IMG/VR virus record: IMGVR_UViG_3300045581_000594 | Span: 717 to 64,716 of that record | From: a virus | Taxonomy: Duplodnaviria > Caudoviricetes | DNA length: 64,000 nucleotides | Direction: 5' to 3' (one strand) | Part shown: in pieces, positions 8,414 through 21,900 of the stretch | How positions within the stretch are numbered: the stretch's first letter is position 1 | How the letters are laid out: each line of letters opens with the position of its first letter | Program-made: the position numbers and the translations under genes | The notes under the pieces: generated by a model | Told to the model about the DNA's origin: nothing | The model's database searches: none | The model's input: only the letters and a program-made list of their open reading frames with translations

Positions 8414-8823
8414 ACCCAATCGATCTCATCTGGGTCGTATACACACGTAAGCTCCTCCCCGATCCGGATATCCCTTGCGGCGTAGTAAACGTCACTGCCC
8501 CTGTCGTGGGTCAGGTTGGGTTTCAAGGAATGGTTCACGAAGTAGGCAGCCCCGACCTCATTGAGATGACAGTCAAGATGAAAACCTTCTGCATCATGAT
8601 TGCAGATTTGCTTGACGTAACCTGTAACCGAATCCGGTAGCCCCGCAAGTTCACTCCACCTGACGAAGTGGTTATGCCTCGGGGCAAACACGACCTGCCC
8701 GCTGCGGATCTCCGTGAGGGTCACGACACCGACTCCGGCTCCAGCGATCGAGCTAGGCACTAGCTTCACCGACGGGCCTCGGAGAATCCTGTTTATCAGA
8801 TCGGTCCTATCGAGCGGGGTCAT
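8410..8823 (-). CDS. SET-domain protein (putative lysine methyltransferase)
   Basis: SSIAGAGVGV, FVNHSLKPN and AARDIRIGEELTCVY are the SET motifs. Confidence 0.9.
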   Translation of the reverse strand: MTPLDRTDLINRILRGPSVKLVPSSIAGAGVGVVTLTEIRSGQVVFAPRHNHFVRWSELAGLPDSVTGYVKQICNHDAEGFHLDCHLNEVGAAYFVNHSLKPNLTHDRGSDVYYAARDIRIGEELTCVYDPDEIDWV

Positions 8824-9457
8824 TCGGTTCTTGGGGGATGTCCGTAAACTCGGTCATGTAGCTGTAGTCCGTGAAAAGCGTGCGTTTGTTCTCCACGCTG
8901 TAGACAGTCATATCGATCCGATAGCCCGGATTTTTGTCGATCGGCTTGTCTACCCATGCGTTGTCATGCCAGACGATCCGGTTGTTCGGGTAGGCGTAGA
9001 AGTTCCCATTGTCCATTTTGAATACGTGGGCACACTTATGCTCAGGCGTCTCGGAGAAATTGGTGTCGAGGATGCTCTTGTTCTCCCAGCCCCAGTCCAA
9101 GGTGAACAGATACTCCCCTGCCTCCTTCGTATTGGTGGGAGTAATGAGCAATGCCCGCAGGCCTCGCATCCGCGCCCGCACCTGAACGTCGATATAGGGG
9201 CTGAAGCAATCCCAATACATCGCGTGCTCCAGAGGCACAGGAGCACAGGGCTTCCAGCAGAACGCGGAGATAGGGCGACGTGTCCAGTTTACCCCGTTGG
9301 ATAGGAAAGCCTCGAACAGCGGAACTCGTTTCTCGATGGAGGCGACAGAGTGAACATCACACGGAGTATACTCGCCATGTCCGCTCTCGTGGTTGAAAAG
9401 ATACTCATTACGCAGCAGGCAGGTAATGGTTGGGATGTTGTGGTTGAGATAAGGCAC
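8807..9457 (-). CDS. Conserved phage hypothetical protein
   Basis: 216 aa; YLNHNIP, GEYLFTLDW and EHKCAH..NGNFYAYPNNRI motifs typical of an aquatic phage family; GTG start behind GTGACT-17-TAATAC. Confidence 0.8.
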   Translation of the reverse strand: MPYLNHNIPTITCLLRNEYLFNHESGHGEYTPCDVHSVASIEKRVPLFEAFLSNGVNWTRRPISAFCWKPCAPVPLEHAMYWDCFSPYIDVQVRARMRGLRALLITPTNTKEAGEYLFTLDWGWENKSILDTNFSETPEHKCAHVFKMDNGNFYAYPNNRIVWHDNAWVDKPIDKNPGYRIDMTVYSVENKRTLFTDYSYMTEFTDIPQEPNDPAR

Positions 9458-9561
9458 GCTCCGTATTACACTCTCAAGGCGGATAAGTCACCCGCTTTTT
9501 TCCAGTGTGGCGACGCGCCAGCGGCCGTATCGGTGAGATCCTTAATGCGAATAAGTTGCCG

Positions 9562-9727
9562 TTTTGACGTCTCAGAAAAGTTCGAAAAGTTTTTACAAAC
9601 CTATGTAATGTAGGTAATGTATGTAATTCTATTAAGATATGTTAAAGGAATTACATGAATTACATACATTACCTATATATAGAGAATTTTTATAAGTAGG
9701 ATTTTCAGGAATTGGAAGATTCAAACG
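9562..9727. repeat. AT-rich palindromic element, copy 1 (direct repeat of 40019-40185)
   Basis: Near-identical to 40019-40185; perfect 19-bp inverted repeat at 9611-9629/9657-9675. Confidence 0.95.
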
Positions 9728-9913
9728 ATTGTTCTATTCCTGTATCCTGTGACCTGTTTCCTGTGAAAGTTGATTCATGAAAAATAAGTCATGCTACATG
9801 TTGCAGGATACAGGTTACAGGGCTCACCGCTGGGGCGTTCCGTGGGGTGAAAGTTATTCTTGCGTTTGTCTTGTTTCTGTATTAGAAATTGACAGGTCTA
9901 ACATTTGAACCCT

Positions 9914-11737
9914 ATGGCTGAGAAACTTTCTTACACACGTGAAGCTGCCCGTGCTCGGACAGGTGGAACCGGAATCCGCACCGAACGGGACCGCGAGCTG
10001 GAAGAAGAGAACCGCAGAGCCCTTCAATTTTCTCAAGCTGTTGATGCAGGTTATGATCCTGTGCAATATGGTTACGACCCCGTCACACGGGTCAAGGTAG
10101 GAAGAGATGCCGCCCTTCGGTCTGTTGCGGCTCGTGAGGCTGAAACAGCTAAGCTGAAGGTCCAACGTGATGAAGCCACCAAAGCAGCCATGCTGCGTGC
10201 GGGGCTTACTGAAGATGGCAAGGCACGGGCTCCTAAAACAAGCAGCATGGATAACAGGCGTGTGATGTTAGCCCCGCCTGCGAGATCTTCGTTTAGTGTC
10301 GGAGAAAATGGCGAACCTGTTTGGACGGGCGGCTACATCGACGGGAGGATCGCAGGGCAAGTCATGAAAGAGGAGCGAGCCAAAGCTGAGAAAGCTGGCT
10401 TACAGCCTTTCGGACCATCGAAGAGCGAGCGTGAGTATGATGCTTACATGGCTGCGATGGACAAATACAAGGCTTCTCAGAAACCTGCTGAAAGTTCATC
10501 CACAGTTGCTCCAGCTACTACCGCCGACCCCACGACTGCGCTTGACAATGTCGACACGGATTCAACCCCAGCTGCTCCGGCTTCCGCTGCAGCCCCTACA
10601 GCTGCTGCTACTGCTACTGAAGGCGGGGCTGATATGAGGGGACAGGCTGAGACCGAAGTGACCCCTGCGACCAGATCTGCTTTGGGTGATACGGCTCGGT
10701 TGTTCAACACAGCCACCAAAGCCGCATCGGTAGGAGGTGTTGCTGCTAACAGATTTATTCAAAACACGGCTCAGGCTACCAAGAACTTGGCTGAGATCTC
10801 AAAAGCAGCCGATGATGTTTCCATCGCTAGTGCTGCACGTAAGTCAGCGGAGGCAACTTCAAAAGGGCTTTACAAGGCTGGCGTAAAACTGGGTGCTGCT
10901 GAAAATAAACTCAACACTCTGCTTCAGGCATCCGGTCAGACCCTTTCGGATTTCCCCAATGCGAACGCGGTAAGAACTCAGGCAGTCGCCGAAGCCGCCC
11001 AAGTGGCTGCGAGAAGCAAGTCACCTCTTGGCAAACTCGCCAACGTCGCCTCTCGTGCGGCGAACTCAAAGGCGGGGACTGGCGTCGGTAAAGCAGCCAC
11101 TGGTCTGGGGGCTGCTATGGATGTCGTTGATTCCGTCTCTGCTGTTAAGAGTGTTTACAAAGATGATTATGACTCCAACACACCGGAGGCCGCTGCTTAC
11201 AGAAAACGACTGGAAGAGGCTGAACAAGGAGGCGTAGGCGGAGCTGCTAAGTTTCTCGCTTCTGAGACGTACAACCTGACTCCTGCGGTCCTAGGAGGAG
11301 GCGGTAATACTGTCAGCGGAGTGAAGAATATCATCGACACTCAGACCAACCTGAAGACGGAGATTCAAGAGGGTGAAGGGGAGATTGCCGCCGACAAGCT
11401 CAGGGCCAGTATTGCTGATCGTAGGGCTTCCCAGCGTCAACCTTACCTTGAGCCTTTGCTGCCCGCCGCAGATCCGAACCTCCCCCCAGCGGAGCGCAAA
11501 GCCGCCCAGCAACGGGCGTTTGCCAAGCTACCAAGCGAGGACAGATCCAAAATCCTTGAGCAGGCAGAGGTCAACATGCGTGTGGATCAGATGCTTTCCA
11601 AAGACCCTACCCTCAGACAGTTCATCGAGTCCTCTGACCCTGAGCGTGCTTCTCAGATGATGGACGAGCTTAGAACTCAGGCTTCCGAGCAGCGTCGATT
11701 ATTCAACGAAAAACGTAAAAACGCTGGTCGTCCTTAA
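9914..11737 (+). CDS. Ala-rich putative internal virion/ejection protein
   Basis: About 607 aa, Ala/Gly-rich and helical; first of three genes ending in the giant protein. Confidence 0.65.
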   Translation: MAEKLSYTREAARARTGGTGIRTERDRELEEENRRALQFSQAVDAGYDPVQYGYDPVTRVKVGRDAALRSVAAREAETAKLKVQRDEATKAAMLRAGLTEDGKARAPKTSSMDNRRVMLAPPARSSFSVGENGEPVWTGGYIDGRIAGQVMKEERAKAEKAGLQPFGPSKSEREYDAYMAAMDKYKASQKPAESSSTVAPATTADPTTALDNVDTDSTPAAPASAAAPTAAATATEGGADMRGQAETEVTPATRSALGDTARLFNTATKAASVGGVAANRFIQNTAQATKNLAEISKAADDVSIASAARKSAEATSKGLYKAGVKLGAAENKLNTLLQASGQTLSDFPNANAVRTQAVAEAAQVAARSKSPLGKLANVASRAANSKAGTGVGKAATGLGAAMDVVDSVSAVKSVYKDDYDSNTPEAAAYRKRLEEAEQGGVGGAAKFLASETYNLTPAVLGGGGNTVSGVKNIIDTQTNLKTEIQEGEGEIAADKLRASIADRRASQRQPYLEPLLPAADPNLPPAERKAAQQRAFAKLPSEDRSKILEQAEVNMRVDQMLSKDPTLRQFIESSDPERASQMMDELRTQASEQRRLFNEKRKNAGRP

Positions 11738-11764
11738 CCATTTACTGTATATTCCCATCATCTT

Positions 11765-12877
11765 ATGGCTGACCCACTTTCTTATTTCATCCCCCGTGAG
11801 ATGGATGATTTTTCTGCGTCGCGGTTTGCGACCGGAGATGAGGCGGCTCCAGTCTATCAAGCTCCAAGCTATCAGTCTCCTACAACCACGACTGTGACGG
11901 AACCTCCGTTGGAGCCTACGCCTGAACTCGGCGACCCTCTTTCTTATGAGCGGGACATCCGCCCTATGAAGAAGATGTTCTTCCGTTCGGCATATCAGGC
12001 TGGCGCACGTGACCCTGCATCCTTGTATGCGAGGAACACCGCAATGGTGGATGCTTCGTTCAATGCCGAGATGCAATCCCGTGCTAATGAGTATCGCCTA
12101 TATCAGCAGAAGATGGGACTTGATATCGCTAACTTGCAACTCCAGAAAGCCCGCGAAGAAGCAGAGCGCGATCGTAACATGGCCGCGAACATGCGCCCAT
12201 TGGTGGCCGAGCTCGACGCGTTGACCTCTGACCCTAACCTGACTCAGGAGCAAGCCACCATGTTGTATGGTCGGATCGGAATGAAATATGCCGAAGAGCT
12301 TGCCATGAACAAAGGTGCGGCCAATGCCTATACAGCGACTGGTCGAGCCATCACAGGGTTGGAGCCCAAAGTCAAGGAGGGTGTCGAGATCAACAGTGTT
12401 CTGAATGTTGTTGGGTCTAGCCCCAAAGGCATGGGCGTCATTAATAAATACATTACCGAGAATCCTGATTATGGTAATCGTGTCCCGCCTTCGGTTGTAG
12501 GCGAGGCGATGCAGCTCTCATCTAAGGAGCGTAAGGAGAGTGAATCGGCGGCCGAGCAGAGCACGCTGATGACTAGAACTCAGATCAATCTGCTTCAAAA
12601 ATCTCTCGATGATGTGGGGGAAGCCAAGCTGTTTGAGAACCCTAACACGAAGAAGGTAGACCCAACTAAGTTTGCTTCCCCTCAAGATGAGTCCCGTGTA
12701 GCTTCTGTCATCTCAACATATGCCCCAGAAATGGTGGAGCAGATGCAGAATGCCACAGCCGAGCAGCGACTCAAAGTAGCCTCCGATATCGTTCAGGCTA
12801 TAAATACTGGAAAAATTTCTTTGATCCCCCGCAATAGACCAAAAGCAAAACCTGCTGGTGCTTCGTGGATGGAGTGA
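11765..12877 (+). CDS. Putative internal virion protein
   Basis: 370-aa helical ORF between the Ala-rich and giant proteins. Confidence 0.65.
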   Translation: MADPLSYFIPREMDDFSASRFATGDEAAPVYQAPSYQSPTTTTVTEPPLEPTPELGDPLSYERDIRPMKKMFFRSAYQAGARDPASLYARNTAMVDASFNAEMQSRANEYRLYQQKMGLDIANLQLQKAREEAERDRNMAANMRPLVAELDALTSDPNLTQEQATMLYGRIGMKYAEELAMNKGAANAYTATGRAITGLEPKVKEGVEINSVLNVVGSSPKGMGVINKYITENPDYGNRVPPSVVGEAMQLSSKERKESESAAEQSTLMTRTQINLLQKSLDDVGEAKLFENPNTKKVDPTKFASPQDESRVASVISTYAPEMVEQMQNATAEQRLKVASDIVQAINTGKISLIPRNRPKAKPAGASWME

Positions 12878-12949
12878 ACCCCGTATCCTGTTTCCTAAAC
12901 TAACACCCTAATTAACTAACATACAACCGCCCACTCGGGTATTTTCACC

Positions 12950-15900
12950 ATGCTGGAAATCAAACCATTTAGCGTCTGGTCGCAAGACCACTCCGACACC
13001 CCACCTACTGAGCAATATCGTGGATACTCCACCTACTTACGCTCGTCCCACTTCAAGAACGGAACGCTAAATGAGCAGACCGAGAATGAAATTAACGAGG
13101 GCATGTATCAGAAAGCTGTTGCTGACGGCTTGATTGCTGAGGACGCACCTGATGAGGAGAAGGAAACTGTCTTCAGATCTTTGACTGGGGCTGAGCCAAC
13201 TGATCCCAGTTTTACGAACGCTCAGTTCTTACCTGATTACTTGAGAAGTAAGTTTGATCGCAACTCCGCCGAGTATGCCCAAGCCGGATTGGTCGAGACC
13301 TACTTGTCAGCTAAACGGGTAAATTCTCCACTTGCCGAGCAGCACAAGGCGTCGATTGAGCCGCTGCTGGCGAATCAGGAAATGATTACCGCCGCTCGGA
13401 AAGCTGCTGTTGATCGTGGGGATATGCAGGTTGTGTCCTACACCAAGCCTGATGGGTCGAAAGGTTTTCATTTCGGGGCAGACACCACTCGTGAGTCTCT
13501 TTCGGGTAAGGTGGATTCCTTGCTGGCGTTGGGGGCACTCGATGCGACAGATCTGAAAGAGGTCAATAGCTATCTTGATCCGCTGAACGGAGGGGTCGCC
13601 AACAATGCCCAAGCTGTTCGGGCTGATGCCGCTTTCAGATTCTTGGACGAGACAATCAAGTCCGACCCTGCCCTCAAGAATAATTTCAACAACGCCGTTC
13701 AGAAAAGGCGTCGCCGTGAGCAGGTGGCAGGCATGACCACAGGGGAGCGTATTTTCGACGTTGCCAAACAGGCAATCGCCATCCCGTTTGAGGCTGCTGC
13801 GAATCTTGTCGTCGGGACAGGACAGGCTGTAGGTGAGGCTTTTGGAGCCGAGTATGCACCCGAAGAGGCCCCAGCCTCTGCCGATCTCACGAAGGCCAAA
13901 GATGCCCTTCGTTCCAATGGTTACTCGGATGCGGAGATCGAGCGATATGTGACCGATTATACCAAGCATATGACGGGCCCTGTCTTTCGTGCGGACAACC
14001 CTGCTTCGGGTATCGACACTGATAGTCTTGGAAACGTGCTGCTCGCCCCTGAGCTAATCAATCAGGCGGTGTTTGACAAGGCTCTGGAAAGTGCCCCACT
14101 GAACGAAGCACAGAAGGCTCAGGCTCCCGAACAGCGTAAGCTGATGCTGGAGAGAATGACCCCCGAATACATGGATTTGATTGTGGGCGAGTCTACGGAG
14201 GCGTTGGATGCCTACACTAAGGCTAAGGCCAGCGGGATCTCTGATTCGGCATTTGTGGAGTCATGGTTGAATGACCCCAATAACTACAGCGGTTTCTCCG
14301 AGCGACTCCAGCAATTCGGTTTGTCTACTGTTTCCGCAGTTGCCCAACCCCTGCTTGGTGTATTTGCTCTGGGTGGGTCTGAAAGTGCTGCCAAAGGTTT
14401 GGCTGCGCTCAATCGTGAGGCTGGTCAGCGTCAGAAGTATTCTCGCCTTTTCGGTGATGAGTACGGTCTCGGGTTCCAAGTTGCAAACACCCTCCCTCAA
14501 GTTGGTGCGGACATCCTTCTGTCTGTCGGAACGGGTGCTGCTTATACGGCGGCCAAGACAACAGCTTCCACAGGCATTAAGAGTGTCCTCCGCAGTGCAG
14601 CTAAACAGGCTGTGGCTGATGTCGGAGAAGATGCCGCGTTGGCGGTATCTCGTGCGTCTACCTTGACGGGTAGCACTTCGGAAGCGTTCAGTAAAATGTC
14701 CCAAGGGTTGACCAAGACTTTGGGGCTTACGGAGGCATATGCCCCGATTGCGGCGTCATCGTTCATGCGGTCCGCCTCTTCTACTTACGGCCAGTTGTAT
14801 GACGAACTGCCCGAAGGCATGTCCCATGAGGAGAAACATAAGGCGGTCTTGGGGACTTCTATGCTATCTGGTATGTCTACTATGCTGACAGTCGTTGGCA
14901 TGGGCTTGATCGGCCGAGGTGGTGTGGAGGATCTCGCTACTGGCGGCGTACGTATCGGAGGCAAGACTGTGCCGATGGACAAGCTGACCTATCGCCAGAT
15001 GAAAATGCTGGCTGATGAGACGACCCCCGTTATCAATAGGCTTACCGACAAGGCGTTCCAGCAGGCTCTTCGTGGGTCAATGGGTAACGCTTACCGAAAC
15101 TTCTTCAACCAAACACTCAAGGGTGGTTTTGACGAGTCGGTCGAGGAGATGCTCGATCAGGCTATCCAGATGAAAATCACGGATGCCTACAAGAATCAGG
15201 ACACCCCATTCCACGAGTTTGCCAATCAGCTGTGGGTTGCGGGAGTTGTCGGTGGTGCTCTCGGTGGAGGCATGGGGGCAGGGGCTCAGCTCTTGTCTCG
15301 CCCTACAGAGAATGACGCTATCCGTGCGGCAAGCGCACGTTACGATCTATTGAGCCGCGCCACAGAGCGGTTGAAGGCTTCTGGCTCTCCCGTCACCGCA
15401 TCCTTGCTTGAGGAGCGTATGAACGAGGCGGCTCAACGTCTCGCTGAGGAGCGCACAGCCAAGGCTACCAGTGACGCTCAGGCTTTGCAGAACGCTGCCG
15501 CCACACCTGCATCCTCTACTCTGAATCCTGATTTCGGTGTAGCGACGGAAGATCCGGATATCCCACGCCCTGCCTATACCGAACTGCTCACGGATCTTGA
15601 GGGGGAGCAGGTCATGCACGGCCACTACAAAGGACGCGTCGTGCTTGAGGAGGATCAGGCTTATCTCGAATTGGACAAACCTGAATTGGACGCTAACAAA
15701 CAACAGTTCACCCGCATTCATTTAGGTAACGCAGTCGATGTCGCTTCCAAGCATGTGTCCCGTTCTTCAAAGTTCAGGGTGACCGATGCTCCTGTCGGCA
15801 GTATACCAGCAGGCACTCCGTTCTACCAATATGGTAAAGGCGTAAAGGGCAGATATGCCCTACCTGACCCTGCAGCAACTAACTTGGATGCGGATTTCAC

Positions 15901-18900
15901 GTTCCATCGAGATGAGAATGGTGAGATCAAGTCTGTTGTTATCAACACCGCTCGTAACTTTGACAGACCGGATGTCGTGTTCCCTCGCACGATCACTGCT
16001 CCTGCGGAACTACGTGTGCTCGGACGCATTTACGGGTTCGAAGTAAGCCCCAATACGGGAGCTGCTTCCAGACCTACGGCCGGAACTGCTGACTTCAGGT
16101 CTGTCAGGGCGGTAGCTAAGCCTGCTCAGTTGGAGTTCTCATACGACCCAGTTGCCGCCAAGCAAGGCAAGAAAGCTGCGCCTTCGTGGTCTATCGGGCA
16201 GAATAAAGACGATCAACCGATCATCTCAATCCCCCGTGCTAAACAGGGGGATAAAGTCATTCTATTACCACCAACAGGAGAACAAAGACCCGGTGCTGTT
16301 CAGGTTGTCTACAAAGAAGATAATACAGTAGACTACCTTTTCTTTCCGAACACCTTGACTGCAGGGCAAAACCAACCCACTGCTTATTTCGAGACCGACC
16401 CTGAGCGTATCCAACAACTTGCTTCCTTGTATAACCTCCGGCTTTCCGAGACCGATGGCCCGTCAGAAGCATTGATCGATGATGGCCACGCCCGTTTCGC
16501 TTTCCTCGACACTATGGCAGGAGCCCAGCTACCTCCACTTCCTGTAGTTAACCCAGAGGCGGGAGCCGCCCCAGAGGAAGCCGCTCCAGCTGTCATTCCA
16601 GTCGGCGAGGGTCAGATGGAATTGGGGCTTGATGGCGACGTTCCTGATTATGCCGATCGGGTTTCTAAAGCGGGCATGGCGAAAGCTGTTGTCGCCGCTG
16701 CTCGTCGTGTTGAAGAGCTCAAAGCGAAAATGCCTGCATCTGCGAAGGCCGATGCGGCGGCACTTACTGCCGCTGAAAATGGGGTAACCCGTGCTCGTGC
16801 TTCTTTGCTAACTGCACAAACTCAGTTGGAGAAGGCTACGGATAAAACCCGTGATGCGCGTGAGGCTACTGTGGCTACTCGTTTGAAACAACTTACGGAC
16901 GCAGAGCAGAAACTTGCTGCAGCACAGCAGGCTCCTAGCTTAGTGATGACTCGTGCGATCAAAGAAGCTGAACGCCGTCTGAAAGATCTTCAAGATGCGT
17001 CAGCCAGAACAGAGGCTGGAGAAGTAATTCATTTATTAGGCGAACGTCTCACTCCTGAGCAGAAAATCGAATACAGCTCGGCGGTCGCTGCGGCGTATCC
17101 TGTTGAAGAAAGTTCGGAAGCGATAATTAATACTATCCTGAGACTCGACCCGACCTCCAGAACCCGCACGGCTCGTCGCATTGCTCAGCAGACTTACGCC
17201 GACTTCACCCCAGAGCAGATCGGGGGTGCATTGGCACGAGCAGAAGCCATGATTGATTTCGGTGTAGCCCGTGCGGAGGACGGCAGTGTCCCTATCGAGG
17301 TTGCCCGTGAGATCGTATCCGCAGGTGAAACTATCAAATCTCGTATCGCTGCTTTTCAAGGGATTGCCGTTGATGAAGAGGCTCGCCGTATAGCCAAGCT
17401 GGTAGAAGATGCTGGGCAGGCGTTGCTTGCTCAGTACAACGCTGATGTAGAGAAGGCTAACCCAACACCTTCGGCTCCCGCCGATACTACACCAGAAGAG
17501 ACCTCTCCAGAAGAAGGGGTAGCGATCACTGTCGATTCCTTCCCAGAGGTTCTCGCTCGTTTCAACTCGCTGATTCAAGAGTATAAAGAAGCTGTGCTTT
17601 ACGCTGAGGGGGCTGCTATTGCTGAAGGTAAGTCGCCGAACGCTAGGGGTCGTGCTGTTACCAAGGTTAGAATACCTATTCAGCAGGAGCTCAGAGCTGA
17701 GGCTAATCGTATTATTAACCTAATCAGACAGAACGACGACCTTGAAGAGAGTATCCGTGCTGAATTCGAGACCGAAGTGTTACGCACACTAGGCCGTAAC
17801 TTCGATAAGGCGTTGAGTAATCTGCTTCAAACCAAGCGGGAACTTGTCACTATGCGTGGGGAGAAAGCAGTAAAAGGCGTGGTCCGTGAGACAGGAAAAG
17901 GCTTCCGTACGAAACAGGAGAAAGCCGTGTTTGAAATGCTGGCTGCGAATGGTCACGTTGTATCCGACCTTACCTCCACGGGGGCTATGTTCCCCGACCA
18001 TCGCGCTGTAATCAACGACGTTGTCTACAACGCCTTCACGATGTCCACCCCCGATCTTCAGGAGGCAGGAGATAAATACTACAAACCATCTGAGTACATC
18101 AAGACGAAGAACCGCATGCTCGCCGAGCGTGTGCAGGAGCTTTACCCTGAAGTGGGTTACTTGAGTCCGGCGGGAGCTGGTGGCTACTACTATGTAGTAG
18201 GCAAAAACAAATTCCCCACTGTGTATGCAACGGGAGTCAAGGGGTCGATGCGCGTCTTGAAAAAAGATGGAGACCCAAAGAATGCGGCAGACTTCACGTA
18301 CGTCAAAGGTGCATATGCTCCATATGTGTCTTCAAATCGTTACACGGATTCGACTGAGGTATCTGGGATCTTTACTAATAACCCAGTAGCTGTTCGTGCC
18401 CAGTTGGCGATGAGGATGTCTATCGCCCCTGCTCCCACATCGTTTGCTAAAGGCAAACTGAATCCATCTATTGTTCTAAACGGAAGACAAGCTGTTGGTT
18501 ATTACATGCCGTGGGATTCTGAAAGGACTAACCCGTTTTATGGAGACTCCAAACCCGTCGATCCTCGTTTCACTCATAACTCGGAGACTTCCGACGAACC
18601 CCAAGCCCGTGTTCGTAAATCACGGCGTGCCGCCGAGGCTTTGTTCCTACTAGGAATGAAGGAGCCGTCTCGCAGGTCTGTGTGGTCTACTCAGTTTAGT
18701 GAAGAAACGAATAAGCTGTATAAAAGGACTTCTGGAAAACTTGATCTCAACGCAGGCTCTAAAGGCTCGGTGGATACAAGACTCCCACTCACCGCTACCG
18801 GAATGGATAATACGGTTATCGGGGTGCTCAAGGAGTATACTGTTCAATTCAACGAGTTCAGACTTGCCCAACTGCTGACGCAGTACGTGGCTAAGCAGTT

Positions 18901-21900
18901 AGTGAAGCAAGTTCGTAAGGGGCAGGAACTCTCTCCGGACATGCAGGCTTATATGGAGGCCAAGGATCTGGGTGCTATCTCAACAAAACCATCCGAACTT
19001 AAACGGATTGTTGAGATGTACGCCAAAGGACCAGACGGGTCGTTCGCTCCTGCTGCCTCGTCGGTAAACATCACAGCATTTCTGAAAGATATTTTTTCTA
19101 GGATGACTATCGAAGAGGTAGCAGATCACGTAACTACGATGTATCCGGATACAACGCACCCAGAAGTAACTGGAGTGTTGATGAACTACGCCATGAAATT
19201 GCTGAAGTCCACCGCTGTGGACGGGGCTTACTACGCTGCACCTACAGCGGACGACACGATGCGAAGATCCTTCAACCGCATTGCTAACACTCAGGCAAAA
19301 AGAGAACAGCGCAGCTTCTGGAAGGAAGGAGAGCAAGTTTCATTCGATGAGTTGTTTGATGACGAGCTGTTTGGGATGGAGAACTCCAATGCTATTCAAT
19401 CTGAGTTCAGAGGGGACGCCCCTCCCGTGGCGCAGCCTTTGAAAGGCAGCGTCGGTAGGGCGTTTGAAGCGGCTGGGTTTAATGTAGACCCAGTATGGGA
19501 TGGGGTATCTTCCATTGAACCGATTCGCTTACCCGCAGAGTCGGAAGATCCTATTTACTACACCCGCAGCGAACTTTTGACAGACGATTTCCGCAAAGCG
19601 GTAAGGGAGAATCCTACCATTGCTTCGCTAGTAAAACAACTGGCACTGAAACTTGATCCCGAGTTGGCTGTATTGAGTGGTGTCGAACTCCTGTCGAAGT
19701 TGAGTGCCAAGGTATATGAAGGCGTACTCAAAGGAGACCCGACAGCCTATCAATTCGTAGCCAACCTCCAGTCGGAGCAAACAGGAACGGGGGCGATCGG
19801 TAAGAAACTGGCCGCTCACTTGGTTCTTTCGGGATGGCTACCTCCATCGAAAATCTATCAAGCCGCCTATGTCGGTCGCTCAGGAGCTACTGCAGGTATT
19901 AGAGTTGCTGGGTCGCAGATCACCCGTCTCGGGTTCCTGTCTCCCTCGGAGCATGAGGTTTACGTGGGGGCCACGTCTGATATGACGACAGAGGAGATCC
20001 TTGCTCGGGGGGCTCGTGCCCGAACAGCGTCGGAGATTGAACAGAAAAATGTGAAGGATCGGTTTACCGCAGCCTACGGGGTAAACGAATCCGAAGCCGC
20101 CCGCCAGAATGACGCGTTTATGGACGCGGCCAGACTTGCTCAGTCCACTGTGATGTCGCTCAATCGCGAGAGGTATCAAGCGATGGCGGAAGCCAGTGTC
20201 GCCCAACGTCGGGTCGAAGGTCTGCGTGAGCGTTTAGTCTTGCTCGCAGGCAGTGACACGTTCACGAATGCGGCCGAAGCTATCCAAGCCGCTGAGGCCA
20301 ATAAGCAAAACGTCCTCCGCAGCTTGCGTAAGGAGTCGGCTGACCTTTACGGACGTGCCAGAAAACTCGACAAACAGATTAAGGAAGCCTCCGAAAGCGG
20401 AGCAACTTTGCCCAGACTTCTCCAACGTCGCAAGGAGTTCTCGGCCATGCTGGCTGGGACACGTAAGATTCCTAAGAACTCCAACGCAGAAGATGTTGCC
20501 GCCCGCATCAGCGGATTGGATCAGGTGATTCTCCGTGTGGAGGCTATGTCTCACCCAGAGAAGATGGCCTCGATGAGAGCGGAAGCCCGCAGTTTGAGAG
20601 CGGAAGGTAGGACTAAGGCCAATCAGGTGTCTGAGTTTAAGAATATGGATACCAGATCCGTATTGCTGAGAACAGTACAGGAGTTGAGCGAGTTCAACAA
20701 GAAGGCCGTAATGTCGGAGCTTGCTGTCAACATGCTCACCAAAGAGGCGAAGGAAGTATTGCTTCTAGCCCGCACCCGTCCTTACCAACTGCTCGCCGAT
20801 CTAGCGAAGAACGACCCCGACTACCTGAAAGCTAAAGCTAAGATATCTCCGCTTACCAGTGAGGAGCGGGGCATCCTGCAACGTGCGGCCGTCGAAAAGT
20901 TGGACGCCGTTAGGTCGAACGAGAATCTTTCTAAAGCTCATTCAGCACTAGGTAAACTGCTCCGTGAAGCGGGGTATAATGTAAGAACTACACAAAGACA
21001 ACAAGGTGCTACTGAAGATCTGTTTGTCGTTCCTGACGCTCCTGTTATCCCGCCACCACCAGCGGGAGTCACTGAGTTTATTTCCCCGAGTCTTGGGGTC
21101 CCCGCAGAAGGGGTTGTTTTCCAATCACCTGTGATCGTTCGACCAGAGTGGGAGACCAGAGAAAAAGGGTTTATGTGGGACCGCCGAGAAGTTACCCATT
21201 CGGTTGACGAGGATGGTTTCATCTCGGCAAGGGTTGTCTACACATATCCTTCTGGTGAGACATCGGAGGAGACGCTCCGTGGAGCGAAAGCTTCTGATAT
21301 CTTGGTGAAACGGGAAGTCAGAGCGGAAGGGGAGCAGACTGTCATTGAGTATACGTACTTTGATGGGTCTACCGAATCCGAGATCATGGATGGACTCCCG
21401 AGCACTGGTATCGAAGACTCCGATTTCACGTTGCCGCCGACAGACACCAACCCCAACTTCAGGTCGGAGGCGAGGACTTTGGGCGTCCAAAGAGCCAGAA
21501 CCGCAGAGGCTGCTGAAAGAGAAGCCGCCTTAGCGCGTGCCGCTCAGGTCGACCAAGAACAACCAGCAGATACCGAACAGCCCGCCGAACAAGCTGAAGA
21601 GCAGCAAGAGCCTTACTTCAATCAAAGGCAAGCAGCTGCGCTGAGTAATCCTGAAAACTTTAGACCTCAATTAGGCAGGGTTGAAGGAGAGCTGACTGGC
21701 GGATTGACTTACGATGAGTGGCAGTTTGTGTATGACTACTACACGCAGGAAAGAGAGGATGCGATTCAACGTGAGAACCCTGAAGCATTCGCTCCTCGTT
21801 TAGGCAGAATCGACACCGAAGCACTGGCGAAGCGTCTGAAAAAGAACGATCAAGTAACTTCCAGAAACGGATTGTTCTTCTCCGCTGGCGTGTTCACCAA

